Origin: an uncultured Planctomycetales bacterium
GTDB taxonomy: Bacteria; Omnitrophota; Gorgyraeia; Zapsychrales; JAHFFX01
Length of the DNA stretch: 64,000 nt
Assembly: GCA_964612665.1 (NCBI GenBank)
Contig: CAZTCI010000001.1
Span: 636,896-700,895 of the forward strand
Direction: 5' to 3'
Below, in pieces: positions 1 to 15,000 of the stretch (positions are counted from its first letter, which is position 1; each line of letters begins with the position of its first letter). Below the pieces are notes generated by a model. That model saw only the letters and a program-made list of their open reading frames with translations, did no database searches and had not been told where the DNA came from. The position numbers and the translations under genes are program-made.

Positions 1-3000
1 TTTTCTGTTGTTCTAAAGCCTGTTCTCGTTCATTTTCATACGCCTCAATTTCCTGATCCCCAAACCAATTCAATATTCTCGATGATGTGTTTTCTTGCTG
101 TCTACCTTCATCGATAGCAGCATATTGAGCCGCCAACCATTGTTCTTTTTCTTCTTGCTTTTGCTGCTGCTCTGCTTCGGCCTGTTGCCATGATGGCGAC
201 TCGGCAGTTATTTCTTTGTTATTGTTAATCGTTTTGACCTCAGATGTTTTTCTGGCTATGCCGTTATAAATTCTATCGCCAAAAGCTCTGACGATTCTTA
301 AGAGTTTAGTGCCCATCATGATGGAAACTTCAACAATGAAAATAAATACCCGTTTGAAGAAAATTTGGACATGGTCCCAACGATCAACCACAAAACCTAT
401 AATTACTTTCACGGCGATCAAAATGGCGCCAGAGAAAATTTTCGCGGCCATAACAATGACATTTGCCCACCATCGCAGATATTCTTGGGTCCATTGAATC
501 GCATCAAGAATTTGCAACACCACATGTCCCCAAATAAACTGGCTCCAAACCCTTAAAAATGTTTTGATCTGTCTCCAATCGTTCAATATCATCTCTGTTG
601 CTGGTGTAAGAATCTGATTCTGCATTACTTCTCGAGCTAAACGCAATTCATTCCAAAGAGTCTTCCCGAGCCAAACCAAAGCATCACTCCACCATTGCAA
701 CGATTCTTGGGCGGATTCAATCGCATCAAGAATTTGCAATCTCACATATTTCCGAATAAACCAGCCCCATATTCTGAAAAATACCCGTGTTCTTTCCCAA
801 CTATGGACGACAGCCACGACCATAGCTTTAATAGTTTTGATGGCTGCATTCCAAATCGAAATTCTAAAACGATTTAAACTATAGATGACCAAACTGACAA
901 AGCTAACCAACGCATTAATCATCAGGTCAGTGATGATTATTCCTAAAAGTAATCCGGTTTGAATGGCTCTAAGGGCCCGTTTTAAAATTTGATCCCGAAT
1001 CGTTTTCCCGGTTTTGATAGCTGCATCCCGAAGAGAAATTCTGATGCGGTTTAAACGATCCTTAACAAAGCTAATCACCTGATGAACCTTACGATCCACG
1101 AAGCTCGGGGTTCGAAGGAATAGGATTCGAACTAACTGGAGAATATCCATCACGGTTTTTTTGATTTGGATCACAGATTTTTTGATCAATCGCCCGGCCC
1201 AAATTGAAATATTCCTTATTCTTTCTAAAATCAGGTGAATCATTCTCAAGAATGAAGCTTCAATTCGTCTTACCGTCGGAATAATTGTCTTTTGCATCCA
1301 ATCAAGGGCCTTACTCTTGGCGAATGAAATCCTGGCCTGAATAGCACTCATCAGATTTCTGATCGCCGAGCGGATTCGATAAAGCACAGCCAAGCCCAGC
1401 AAGCCGCCCAAAGCAATCCAAACCATCGGATTCATCAAGACGATTTGTACGGCCGTTAAACTTAAAATCGCAGTTAGAAATACCCAACGGGCCATCTCGC
1501 TAACCGTTTCGGAAATTCTATGTTCTCTTGGAGTATAAGATTGCGCCATATTCCGTTCTTCCGGCATATGGCCGCGCCATTGGTTCTTCCTGATGAATGT
1601 TTCGTGATCGTTAAACTCAACTCGAAGGTCCGTCACAGCTTTCTTGAATTCTTCAATTTCCTGGCGGTGAATCAATTCTTCATTGGATGGAGTTGATTTT
1701 TCGGGAAGAGTCCCAATGGTTTGATTCATTACAGGCGTTTCATTAATAATTTTGATCCCGATCGGTTCCCATCCGTGTTCGGCCAAGTATTTAATCACAT
1801 GCTGTAATTCCGGCGTGACATCTTGGACCCATTGTGTAATATCAAACTCTGTACCAATAGGAATACGTCGGGCTCTGGCACCGCTTTCCTGAATCATTCT
1901 TTCAACAAAACCACCTTTGCCATAAACAAATGTTCCGATATGTCCCTCTTTTCTTGCCAAAGCAATAATAGTCCCCAAACCGCTTAAAGTTTGGTTCCCT
2001 CTGGGGCGGGAACTCTTGGCTGATCGGTCAAACTGAACACTCACTTTCCCATGATCCACCTTAAAGGTAAATGCGTTTACCGTCTGGGCTGTAACGACAA
2101 GGAGGAAATTAACCAAAATGAGCAGGACAACAACGGGTTTAAACAAAGATTTGAAGAAGGGTTTACTGACTTTTGCATTGCAAAAGTCTAGTACTAGGCC
2201 TTTTCTCCCTGAGAATGATAGAACAACCTTATCTTTGGAAGAGAAAAGGCCAGTAAAATGGATGACTTTGAAATCCACCTGCATTCGATTCAATTCCTTC
2301 CGGGAAAGATTTTTCAGGGAAATAATAGCGGTTTTTTCCGCACGGGTCCCGCGAACCGCGTTAAAGACGATGGAACTGATCAACAGTCCAATCACCCAGA
2401 TGGCGAGGATGGTGATTCCGACGACGATCAACGGATGGGAATTCATGAAATTCGAGAGCGGGGTGAAATCGAAGGCTTGGGCCGTCTTTGAACCCACTGC
2501 TTCTGCCCCCTTGCGCACCTTCATTGTCATCCGCGCGATGGTTTTTGATGCGGAATTTTCGCTGAGATAGGAGATTCGCCCGCCCTCTGTAATATCTGCG
2601 ATGGGAACGTTGATTTCTTTGCCTTTATTGAGCTGTCCGGAATCGGATATCGTCGACGTTGCAGCGCGGACGGAACCGCGGAGGTTGTTGATCCAAAGTG
2701 ATACTTCGCCCGGCACCGCTGCATAGATGGTGTAATGGTTGTGGTCTGTGGTCCAAACTTCCAGCACCATGGACGATGACAACAGGTGCAGATCAATCGA
2801 CGCTCTCTCTTCCTCGGTGTATTGCGGCTGCGGATATTTGACGAATTGTGGCGGCCAGCTGCTGCTGTCGATTAATTCAAAAACGCCTGGCTTAACTGAT
2901 GCCGTGTGCGCGATGAGATTCGATGAAGGGACCACGCCTGCGTTTATTTGTCGGATTCTGGTTTCGATGTCTTTTCTTAAAATCACCGGATTACCCAATT

Positions 3001-6000
3001 CCACATCCATGATGCTCTTCAATCCCTGGAACCACTCGTCGCTGCCGAGCTTCGCGGCCAATCGGTCCAAAACGACCTGCTGTGAAGTCCCGGCCAGGAT
3101 CGCGATCCGACGCAAATTCCTGACCGTTAACATCAACTCATTTAAATCCTCCTCATTAAGCTGCGCGTTGAAGATCGCTTCTTCTTTTTGAGAAATTCTT
3201 GTCAGAAGCATGGATACTGTAGTATCTCCGATGATATTCATCAAAAGTGTCCATCGGTCTTTCAAACCGAGGATCCAGATGGGCTGTTCCTCGAGCATTT
3301 TTCTTAATTGATGAATCAACCAATCGGGCAACTGAACGCGGTGATTTTGTAAGATAACGATAGCATCAATCAATTCCACCGGATTCATCTCCACCTTCTC
3401 CAAGGCCAACAAGGCCGTGATGATGTGTCCCTGAGAGACGAAAAATGTCATCGCATCGATCCGTTCAGCGCTGGTTAAGTTATGGAACAATCCGCGCAGA
3501 AAGCGGATACTTTCGTCCTGATTCTTTTCTTTTTCTGCCAAATAGACGGCGACTTGGCGCAAATAACTGATGGAGGCCAGCGTCTGAGAATCTTTCATCT
3601 CGGGCCCAATGATGAGAGCTGGATCAAAATAGTCGGGCAATAGATTGAACCGTCTCAGTAATTTCAAGTCTTCAATGGTTAATGAATAGGCATTTTGAGA
3701 ATTTACCACAACAACTTCGGTACGAAAATCGCCTAAGGTTCCGTTCATATACGCCAGAATTTCATTCACCAAGGAATCAATAGAGATGTTGTTATAGATG
3801 CGCGTGGCGGCCATTCCTGCTTTCAGTTCTGTCCAGCGGTTAGGATTTTTGACCTCCCGTCGCATTTCATTCAACAAGTCGATGATTTCTTTTTCTTCCG
3901 CCGAGAGTTGGGATTTTTGGGAAGCCGCGTAGGCTATCTTAAAGATTTTTTCCAAGTGGAGATGGGTCGGTTCATGAACCCGGCCTTCTCTGTCCTGTTC
4001 CGGCCGATTGCCCCAATAAAATTCTCCATCATACGCGACACCGCCCACCGAAGACTCTTTGACCGGTAAATACATTTGTGCCACACCTCGGTGATTTGAT
4101 CCCGTCCCGAATTGAAGAGTCGTCTTTTCGCCGCCCAGGATTCGGAATGTCAATTTGGCGAAATGCGCGCGGAAATGGGCGTTGATATCCATAATGTGCA
4201 TAAAGAACGGATTACGGATCAATTCGTGATAAATCTCTTGCGGGCTGAGGTTCTTAATAAACTGAATGATCGAAAGGGCTTTGCCGGCTGTGGATTGCTC
4301 GGCGCTGAGGATCGGTTGAACATCGAAATTATGGACAAGTTGGTCCGGTGTGGCGGCGAGGAAACGGACGCGGTTGATTAAAGTGGCCACCCGGACATCC
4401 GCTTCTCTCATGTCCGTCAGGGCGGAGGCGTCGATCGTTTCGCGGCTCCAACGGTGCCACAGATAAACCCGATCCAGTTGATTGTTTTGATAAAGCAAAA
4501 ACAACGGCAGCTTAACTTCTCGTTGGAATTTTAAGCTATGGAGATAACGGAAAGACCAGCGGCGTTCGTGGGCGAAGAATTCGGGCGAAACCAGAGTGAC
4601 TTGATAAGCGAAGATCGTATGATTGAGCCGGCCAGGATACAACCGCACGGGTTTCAATTGATGGACCATCAACCGTTTAATCTGTTGTTCTTTTAATCCG
4701 GAGAAAATGCGGTCGAGAATAAAATTCACATCTTTGCGGCCGCGAGCCAAGAAGGTCGCGACCATGGCCTTCGCTTTCTTTTCCAGCGTCTCCGACGACC
4801 CCGCTCCAGTTCCAAATACAGCCGCACCTATCGCCATCGATATCACAGTCCCCATTCCAAGCCCTTTGCTGATCATCAAAATTTGAATGAAGGCGATGAA
4901 GGCGATTAGGAATGGGAATATGCTTGCCGAATCATTCGGCGTCAACGTTGTTTGACCGTCGCCGGTCGATGTTTTGAGGCGGTTGCCTCTCAAGGCAATG
5001 TAGCGGATTAAGAGCGCAAGAATGGCGAAGGCGATCAATCCAACCAGCAGCGGATGGGCGGTCAGGAGATTTGTTAAGGCAGAAAAATCAATGGCATTAG
5101 TCTTATTCTCCGCATGCTTATTCATCGGACTTACCATCTCTAATTTAGCATCGACGATATTAATAAACTGTTGAACTTTTTGCCGTGCTTCTTCAATGAC
5201 TTCGGGATGAGAAATAAATTCGGCAGGGATTTCAGCGATAAGTTCATTCGTTTGAGTAGTCTTTAATGGCTGTTGACTGGCAACATCCCCTTCCTCCTCG
5301 CTGGGCAACACCTCAACCGGGACGACTTGAACCAATCGAATTTGCAATTGTCTCACCGCTTCTCGGGCAACGGCCAATTGCGCAAAGAATATTTTGCGAT
5401 CCGTTGGAACATCCAGGACTGTAAGCGATTGCCAAATTCTATTGACCCAAATTTCATACGGCTCATTGATTAATTCTTTACGCATTGGATGCTCCGCCGC
5501 AAATAAGGCAACTTCATAGAACACTCTCGCCGCAATAGCCATCTCGGTTGAATCGAATAGATTTCTCCAGTGGCTCCATGTTTCCTCTATGCTGGAAACG
5601 TATAAATCTTCGTCCCTTCTTTCTGACATGTCGTAATATTCTAAAATTCTTTTCCAAAAATCACCATTCCATTGCAATTGCAAAGGCATGTCGTCCCACT
5701 TAATAAATGAAGTGTCATATGAGAATCTCTTCGATTCTCGGACTTTAATATTATTGTACCCTCCCAGTTGAAACCAGACGCCATCCAAAGGATAGGTAAA
5801 TAATTCCTCCGGTTGCCGGACAGCTAACATAAAGCTTCCGTTGTCCTCATGGGACGTATTTGCAAAAAGCTTAAACGGATCGACTAAGAACGTCTGCTTA
5901 TTAGGCCAATAAGAATATACAGAAGATGAAACCACATCATTCAAGCCGTTTAAAATATTTCTTATGCGCTGGCGTGTCTCGGCAAAACCCGTCGTAATCA

Positions 6001-9000
6001 AGGCACTATGAAGATAGATGGCTAGCGTTAAGAAATAAATCAAATGCTGTCCCTCCGAAAGGGCTGATTTAATTCTGTCAACCGCCCTTTGTGCCTCAGG
6101 ATGAGATTGATCCCGTATCCAAGATTTTTTTCCAGGAACGATGAATAAAATCAAACCTAACGTTGCATAGATATCCGCCAGATTTAAGACAAACATAGGA
6201 ATGACTTCGCCGGTCGAAACGAAAACGTTCCAGCTCAACCAATCCCAGGCTCCGCCCTGCATAATGACCTCTATGTTGTTACTCAAACCAGCGCCTATCA
6301 TGAAACCAACGGCAATGGCCGATTTGCTCGAAAATCCAAAAAACAGCTCTTTTCTCAAAAGCCAAATCCATGGGGAAACAATAACCAGTAATAAGGAAGT
6401 TTCGAGATTAGGAGTAATGTGCAGGGTGGGCGTAATTCCCCAATTCCGAGACACAAGCCTAAGTAGTGTGCCAGTGATTCCGGATTCATCGGAAGGATCA
6501 AAGAATAGGGCTTTGATAAATCCTGTTTTAGCCAACGCTATTTGAACAAATTCCGATGAGGCAAAAGACAGTATAATATTTTTCGCAACTTGATCGGAAA
6601 TAATGGCAAACAACACAACGGAGATAAAAAGAATGGTTCGAGGATAATTTCTCCTTAATTCTCTCATGGCTCGGAAGGTTGATTCTCTGCCTTGCTTTAT
6701 CATCATCCATCCGACTGAAATGAAGATGATCGCGACGAAAATGCTTAAAGGAAGCCAGGAATGAACAACGTCCTTCTTCCCCTGCCGTCGGGCAAAGAAT
6801 TTTTTGATCATCGGCGGCGCGCGCGACCGGAGATTCATTTGATAGAGGCCGATCAAGATGACCACGGCGATGATTGCGCCGGCCAAGAGAAGCTGCGACG
6901 GAATAGATGAAATAAAATCCACATTCAACGCATTATTTTTCTGGATTTCTTTATTCTTATCTTGGTTCTGCTGTCTTTTCCCAGAAAAGCGGCGGATTAA
7001 GTCCAAGACGATCATTCCTATTGAACCGATAATCGAAATGTATCCTCCAATGTTTATGAAAACGTCAGCAACATTATAAGCGAAACGTCCGTAGTAAATA
7101 AAGTCCGCCACTCTTCCTCTATATAAGAGGCTTAAGCCATTGCTGAGGTGGCCAGACAACATCAATATGAAGCCCATAGAAACCCAAGGAGCCAATTGAA
7201 CCATCCAGTTCGACCAGACCGAAGTCTTCCCCTTGGTCCGAGAAATTACTAAGAGAAATGCCGCCATTGTGACTTGCATTAATCCCGTTAGGAAGGCCAC
7301 GACCAAAGCAGTGCCTTCCGTAATCTCCAACTGGTCATACAGTTCGTGAAATATATGCGGCAAAATATTCTCTGTTCCTACCAACCATTGAGTGAATTGA
7401 TCAAACGCTACGAGCAAAGACACAATCATAAAAACGCGTCGAGATGCCATCAGAATTCTTGTCGTTAGAGAAAGATCTTTTTCTAAATTATCTTCTAAGG
7501 TAGTCTGCTGAGCGCTGTCATCAACGTTTTCGTCTTTCAAATGAGGTTCGACGGGCTGTTCGTTAGTTTCTTTGGCCACATCTTTTCGATGATAGGCATT
7601 GTACAAATTAAGGATGGATATAATGACTGGTATAACTGACAAGAGAACGGCAAGACCAGCTAACGCCACAATTGCTCCGCCATTTATATTTAGCAGGTTA
7701 ATCAGGTTGTTTAAAATGGTGACGTCGAAGGCGTTGTGCTGCGTACCACGACGATTTTCTTCCTCACTAGAATTCCGCAGCTGCTGATCTTTGGCGCCTT
7801 CCCGTCGGTCAGACTTGTAGGAACTCGTATCCAAACGAATGACTTTACTTTTCGATTTCTTGACGATGATTTTGGGTTGATCAGGGATGCCGGCATTGTC
7901 CTTTTCGCTGAACTTAGTCGGCTCCGTGGATTTTTTGGCTTCGGCCTCGATGAGCTGCGTTAATTTTTCGATAATTCCGAGCATAACGTCTTTGCCCGAG
8001 GCATAGAAATGGTCGATCTCCCGACGGGAAATCTGAATCTGGCCGATCCATCTGGCCATGAAATCATTGCGGCTCAACCACAATGTCCGGGTCGCCGGCA
8101 ATCCCATACTGGACAATCCTCTCGAATGCTCTTTGTTTAAATGCAGGACGAGAATAGTTAAATCTCCAGAATTTTTCTCTGCACCGTTCTCCTCGTTGTG
8201 TTTTAACCCATTGGCCAAAGACAAGGTGACTGACCAGCGGATCCTCTCCATCAATTCTGAGAAAGGCAAGTCGATGACAGATCGATCAATATAGTAGAAT
8301 CCGCCGGTAAATCCTTCCTGACTCGCCTGAAGTTTTTGCGCATTCGATAATGTTGTTCCGTGGAACGCGATAGAATGTCGACGGAGATAATCTTTAGTTC
8401 GATATAACGCGTTGATGATCTCTGTTTGTTTGTCCGTGCGGGTGCCCATATCGTCGGAGGAATTTGCACTTTCCCGAATTTTTTGTTTAAATAAATTCCT
8501 GATGAATATCCATCCAATAACCGTCGCCGATATCGCGATCAATATCGAGAATCCAAATCCATGAACCTGCGTTTCCTGACGATGCTCTTCTTGTTCCATC
8601 CGGCCCTTCGAACGATGCGGCAGGACGATTGATTGCGATCGCTCGATCTGCTTCGGTGTGATGGATTGCACTTTATTCGCTTCTCCCTGCAATCGTTCCT
8701 CGCCCTTCATTTTCTTCGTCGATTTCTCCAAACGCCCTTCCCCTTTTCTTGATGTTAAATTCATCGGCAGATATTTGACCAGCTGATAGGGTGCGGGATA
8801 ATCGGCCACAAATAATCCCAGCCCTTGCCGTGTAAGAATCAGGGCGCCGACGCGATTTGTTGCTTGCGGGAAGCGTTCGGCCAGGAGATTTAAGTGCGGA
8901 TACTCTTGGTGGACCTTCTCTAACAAAGGTTGAAGCAGGTCTTCGGAATCGCTTCGATACCATAAGACGACGTTGTGTTGGGAAGATCCGGGAACAGACA

Positions 9001-12000
9001 TCATCCGACGGATGATATCCGGCAGAACTTCAAAGTGGTTGTTGTAATCTCCGGCTCTCAGCACATGACTGACCATTCCCACGGCTTGATGGTCTTGGAT
9101 ATAAATGCCCGCCACTCCCGCGCAGGTATAAATATCCTTGGTGCCGAGGATATCATTCAATTCAAATCTCTGATTAAATAGCGTTCTTCGCGCAGGAACA
9201 TTTAAGACATTATGCGTTTGCTCATTCGATGATTCATATTGGCTGAAGGGCACGGAGAATAACGCAAGACCATTTTCGGTTCTTCCGGAATAAAACGCTT
9301 CTAAATCAACCTGCTTGCCTGTTGTGAGATATGAGAAATGATCCGCTTGCGTCTGTGCGAAGAAGATGTTTGCCTGAGCGGCAAATTCCTCAGCAGATGT
9401 GGATTCAAATGTGTCGGCATGCTTTAAATTACCTTCATCGCCGAGCAGAGCGAGCGAAACTTTTCGGTTGTTTATCTGGGTTTTTAAAATCTTGGCGAGA
9501 ACAAAAATGATGGACTCAACAAAAACGGCATGCAATGTGGTGGAAGAATTGTCTGTATTTGCTGGCTTGGGAGAAGCAGTAACAGCAAGGGCGGATTCGG
9601 TGATATGGCTGGTGGATTTTGTTGGCGAATGTTCTTTTAAGGCGAGGTATTTGCGGAGGCTAATCAAAATTCCCTTAATAAAATTGACCCGACTACTTCC
9701 ATAGGAACGTTCGAGAACAAAAAGGCCGCGGCTCACTGGATTCTGCGATCCTAACGATGAGAATCCCAAATAAGATTGTTTAAGAATATGAAAACCTGCT
9801 TTGATAAACAACTCGGCCCAATCTTCCATCGACTTGTAATTGCCAGGAACCAACGGTTCTCGAATACCATTGCCGAGGAAATAATGAACGAACCAGTCGA
9901 CCCCATGCAGAAAGGCGATGCGCTCCTCGTCACTGGATAGTTTAAGGAAGTTCGCTTCGATGCTTTGCCGAAGTTCAGTAATGGTCTCCTCTTGTGCCTT
10001 AACGGATTCTACCGCCAAACGATTACTAAATGTATCCTCCAAAACTACCAGGCGACCACCGCGCCGAATCACACGACGTACCTCACGGAGATATTCTTCC
10101 AATGGCACATCAACATGATGCAGGGTAAACGCCATCAGGGCCGTATCTGCCACTTCGTTATCGAGCGGAATGGTGTCGGGCTTCACCATCAATTTAAAGC
10201 TCACACCTTCAGGGTAAGCATTTTTACGATACTCTTTTATATCAACCTCGATGGCTCGTTTGACCTTCGGGTTGAAACGGAGGCTACGCTCGCCGAATAT
10301 ACTAAGCCCCGCACCGATATTCACTAACGTGGGGCCAAAAATATCTGGACGCAAAAACGCCTCTTTTTGAACACAAGCCGGCAGTTCAATGGTTGGAGCG
10401 GTTAACGGACGGATATATTCTTCTCGCATGATCTTCAAGATACCGAATCTACGGTTGGCTTCCTCAATCACTTCATCAGATTGCTGATCGGCCTCATGCA
10501 AGAAAACAATCATTTTTTCAATTTCAGCCCGATCATCTTGTCGGCCTTTGTTTGGATAAGCAACAATCCAATCAACCATTAAATGCTGTCCAGCTTTGCT
10601 GTTTAGTATTCTGAGTGGATCACGAGAAAATATTGATACACTTGAAGGAAGAGCAAATGTGCGGTTAATGATTTTGGCAATTTTTGCTGTTGGCGAATGT
10701 TCTTTTAAAGCGAGATATTTGCGGAGGGGGATAAGGCTTAAAGTAACAGCAAAAATTATGGTAGAGATAAGAATACTAAACCCAGTAAGATCAGATACAA
10801 CTATGGAGGTTTTGGAATCTGATGAATCTGATTCAGCGGCTTCTTTTTTCTGAGTCAATATCGAAAGTTCATTCTCAAGGCGAGGTAACAGTTCCTTTGC
10901 AGCTGTTAATTTGTTTCGTAATTTGATGAATTTGGGATCTTCACTGTATTCAAATCGTAGCCGGCTTTGATACTCACGGATGTCTCTGTTAATTTTAGCT
11001 ATTTTGCGGGTTAATTTTACTTCGCGGTAAATTTCGGGGATGAGTATTCTTAATACACCTCGCGTTAAAGCATCAATAATGAAAACCCCTAAAAAGCTAA
11101 TTGCGGCTCCAAACATCCCAACAAAATAGGACAGGGCGTATGCAGTGAACATAAAGCGTATATACCACGCCGTTCTCTCATATGGATTTATTGGTGGAGG
11201 GAATGAAATGTAGTTTGGAATAGTGCTACCCGCTAATAGTGATGCAACCATCCCTCCATAAAGAATAATCAATCCAAAACTTAACCTTCTTCCTCCATCC
11301 TTTTGGAAAAATACATCCCAAACAAATCCTGCCGCCACAGCAATGACAGCCATCACTAAACCAAGTATCAAATAAGATTCGACTTCAATAATAGAAATTT
11401 CATAATTCTTTGTATCAAATGAACGGATATGTGCTGGAGGAGCTCTGGAGTCAGATAATAATTTATAAATGCCCAAAATTACAATCAAAGCGCCCACAAT
11501 AAAGAGGGTGATTATTGGATAACTTAACAAATAAATTAATACAGAAATTTCAAAGGCAAAAAGATTGTTAGAGTTGTCATCATTCTTGTCATTCTTTGTT
11601 TTTATTCTAAGTATTTCTTTAATTCTATTCCATCGCGCTTGGCGTTTGATTCTTTCCGCTTCTTTTCGTTCCTGCCTGACATGATAATTCTTTATTCTAT
11701 CCTGTAATAGATCCCAGTCCTCTTTCCAACGTGGATATGAAGGATTTTCTTCTGGAATAATTTGTCTTTCAACATATCTAAAATCAGATTCATCCTGATT
11801 TGATCCAGTCTGGAAATATTCTCTTTCACTGTATGTTTTTAACCTTTCATATCTCTTTTCTAATTCTTTAATCCGTTTTTCAAATGGGGTTCGTATGTCA
11901 TATAAGATTGCTTTAATCAATCCATGAATCATTATCCCTATGATGACAAGAGCTCCTATTATAAATGGATAGAGGCCTGGACTTATTGCTTGAACTATTC

Positions 12001-15000
12001 TTTCAAAGATAGCCAGCCAATCGACAGGCAAGATCATCATTAAAACAGATAACACTGCAAATATAATTCCCATAATATCCAGTGGCGAAAGGAGGTTTAA
12101 CTTTTGGCCAGGATCTTTATTCCCGTCCTTCTTCTTTTCCTTTTTAGCTTTATCTTTTGCTATGTTCGCCTGTAAACGATCCCAACGGAATTTCCATGCT
12201 TTATAATCTGGATGATCTTCTGGATTAATTTCTTTTTCTCTATACTCATAATGTGTCTCATCCATATAAGAGCCTCCTATATATGGAATTCTTTCCGTTA
12301 TCTTTCTCATGGCTTCATATTCCCTTTTCAATCGCATTCGCTGTAAATCAAGTGGTGTTATTCTTTCATATATCAATGGCTTAAAAAAGCCAAACCAAAG
12401 CGTCGCACCTACCGCCCAGACAAAAAGTATAATAAACGGCCATGCACCAGGCGAAACAAATGCAACAAAACGTTCCAAAATGCCAGCTAAATCCCAGGGT
12501 AACAAAAATAATCCAAAGATTGACCACGAGAGAATAATCAGCATAATGTGTCCCTCACGAGATATTTTTCCTGATCGTGATCTAATTATGTTCCAAAGAC
12601 CAATCCCCAATCGGTTAAAACGCTGAACAAAAGTATTAAATAAGTTCCACATATCTCTCCAAAGATTAAGTTCTTTTGGATCTTCTCTCCAATAGATAAA
12701 TCGATAAAGATCTTCAAACGTTAACCTCAATACGAAACCGACATTACTTAAGCCGTGCCTAAACAAATAGCCAGTCACGATAGCCGTGACAATACCACTG
12801 AAAATATTGTAGAAAGGTACTCCAAAGAATTTTAACAATGCCATCACCGGAATCATGAAAATAAGTATTGTGAATTTATTACTTCTTAAAATTATCTGTA
12901 TAAATGCATCTACGTTTCTATAACCATTTCTTGCCACTCTTAATAATAATAAAAGTTTACGATCCATCTTGACTGCATAGTGCCATATTAAAGCAACGGT
13001 AGCTAAAACCGTCCAAACGATATCGGCTGGTAAATTTAAGGCTTTCAAAATTAAGAGAATAATGACAATAATTGGTAAAAGGCGGATTTCTCTGCGTCTT
13101 CCATACGCTTCACTTAACTTCATGCCATTTAGCAAAGGTTTCTGTACAAAAACTTTATTCCATAAAGTTTCTCTCAATCGGCTCGGATGTATTAAATCAG
13201 ATCTATTGAGGCTAGTTGCCCATATATCTTGCAAATTGCGTAATCTATATTGTTTAGTAAATGCGCCGTATGGCATAGTACCCGTCAAGAAAGAAAGCGC
13301 CGCTAAAAGATATGGTAATGTAATAACTGGTCCCCAAGAAGTCGTAGCGAAGAAGGAGACGATCCATGAAATGATCATCAAAAATGCTACTGTACCATTA
13401 AACGGAAATGGGGTGCTAAAAGGATTGTTCAAAATTTGGTTCAAGATGATAAGGCTAAAGCCAATACCCATGGTAACCAGAGGGCCAAGATAAACTGGCC
13501 ATATAATAAATCTTACCAATAATCCACCAACAAAGATAATCCAACCAAACCACCGAGCGATTCGAATAGCAGTGGGATTATTCAAAATACGGCTAAAAAT
13601 AATCAGACCGAGACCAAAAACTATTACAATCAACAGGCTCGGATTAAATGGCCATATAATAAAGCTTAATAATAATCCCCCAATTAAGCTCATCCAACCA
13701 AGCCAGTTAATCATCCGCGTACGAGAATTATTCCAATTCCAAATCCGGCTAAAGATAATAAGAGCAACTCCAAAATCAATTATAAATATAGGTGCAAATT
13801 TGAACGGCCACATGCCAAATCCTAAGAACGCACCAATGAAAATTGTCCAGCCAGCCCAACGGGCAATCTGAGCCGCTAATGGTGACCTTGATACTTTAAA
13901 TTCCAAGTACATGGTTTCTTGATATCTCTCCCTTGTATTTCTCTTAGTTAATAAAGAATCTTTTACTGTCGGAATAAATTTAAACTTTTCGTTAGCTGCC
14001 AGTAAAATCGCTCTCGGGAAGCTAACAATTAACGTTACATAGAAATTAAATCCTTTACGTATATCATTTAAAGTTAAGGCTATGGCTTTATAGATACTTC
14101 CTTCTTCTCTTAAATGACGCAAGAAATCATTAGCGTTAATGGCCTGCATCAAGAATGTACTTAAGACAGTGAAGACCAATACAGATTGTAAATAAGCAAA
14201 TGAACTATAAGGTGCGCCGGCCGGAAGCAGAATACCTAAAGCTAAAGCAAATATAGAAGAGAAATAATGGAGGAATAAGAAGATATGAGATAACTTTACA
14301 TCGTATCCTATTTTATCATTATAGAATAATTGATACTGCCCACGATCCATCATAAAACGAGTTACGTTAAAGGCATAACGTTGCTCTGTTGCATAAATTG
14401 ATTCCGCGAGTAACGATGGACGACCCCACTCAAAAGCCATCCAGTCAATCTGAGTTGATGTTACAAAGGGATGACGGCTCTGCAAAGATAAAAATGCTGC
14501 CGAATCTTCGCCGGGTGGAGAAAGCATCGTATCGCCAGCTGCTGGTGTTATTAATGCTTTACCGTAAAATGTCAAAAGACCTCGGCGGCCACGCTGTACA
14601 TCAGAAGTGAAGGTTTCCTGAGAAACTTTATAAAGGGCAGTAACTGGGAATGCATCTGTGGCTGAATCCCAAATGCGCATCATTGGATTGATAACCATAA
14701 TTTCAGGATTTCTTCCCACAAAACTGGCCCAAATTGGACGCCAAATATTTTGACCTGGATAAGTGCGAACATGAGCATCGTAATTGGCTGAACGGCCATA
14801 GGTCAACCACAAGTTAGTCCCAATACCACCGTTTTTATTTAAAGGAATTGGATTATCATTTTCTTTCCACCAATCCGTCGTATCTGGTTTCCGCATATAG
14901 AATGGTAAATAGACATTAGTAATGTCTGTCTTATGAATAACGGTTGAAATCTTAACCAAATTATCCCAATTGGGAAGTTTTCCGCGCACTTTTAAAATCG

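Noticed and set aside
10020-10085. Transient suspicion of a frameshift or in-frame stop inside the methyltransferase domain, and similarly near 59.57k
   Set aside because: Both were caused by my own mis-registration of line boundaries by one base while reading. Re-reading the junctions ('...YLREVRRVIRRGG...' and '...NQLSIQYNDSQ...') shows the frame is continuous. No genuine frameshift was found anywhere examined.
9621-10727. Mobile element or IS insertion carrying the methyltransferase
   Set aside because: The 39 bp direct repeats are in-frame coding sequence and the intervening segment is a single protein domain with no transposase, integrase or inverted repeats. A domain cassette or recombination footprint is more plausible than a classical mobile element, so it is reported as a finding instead.
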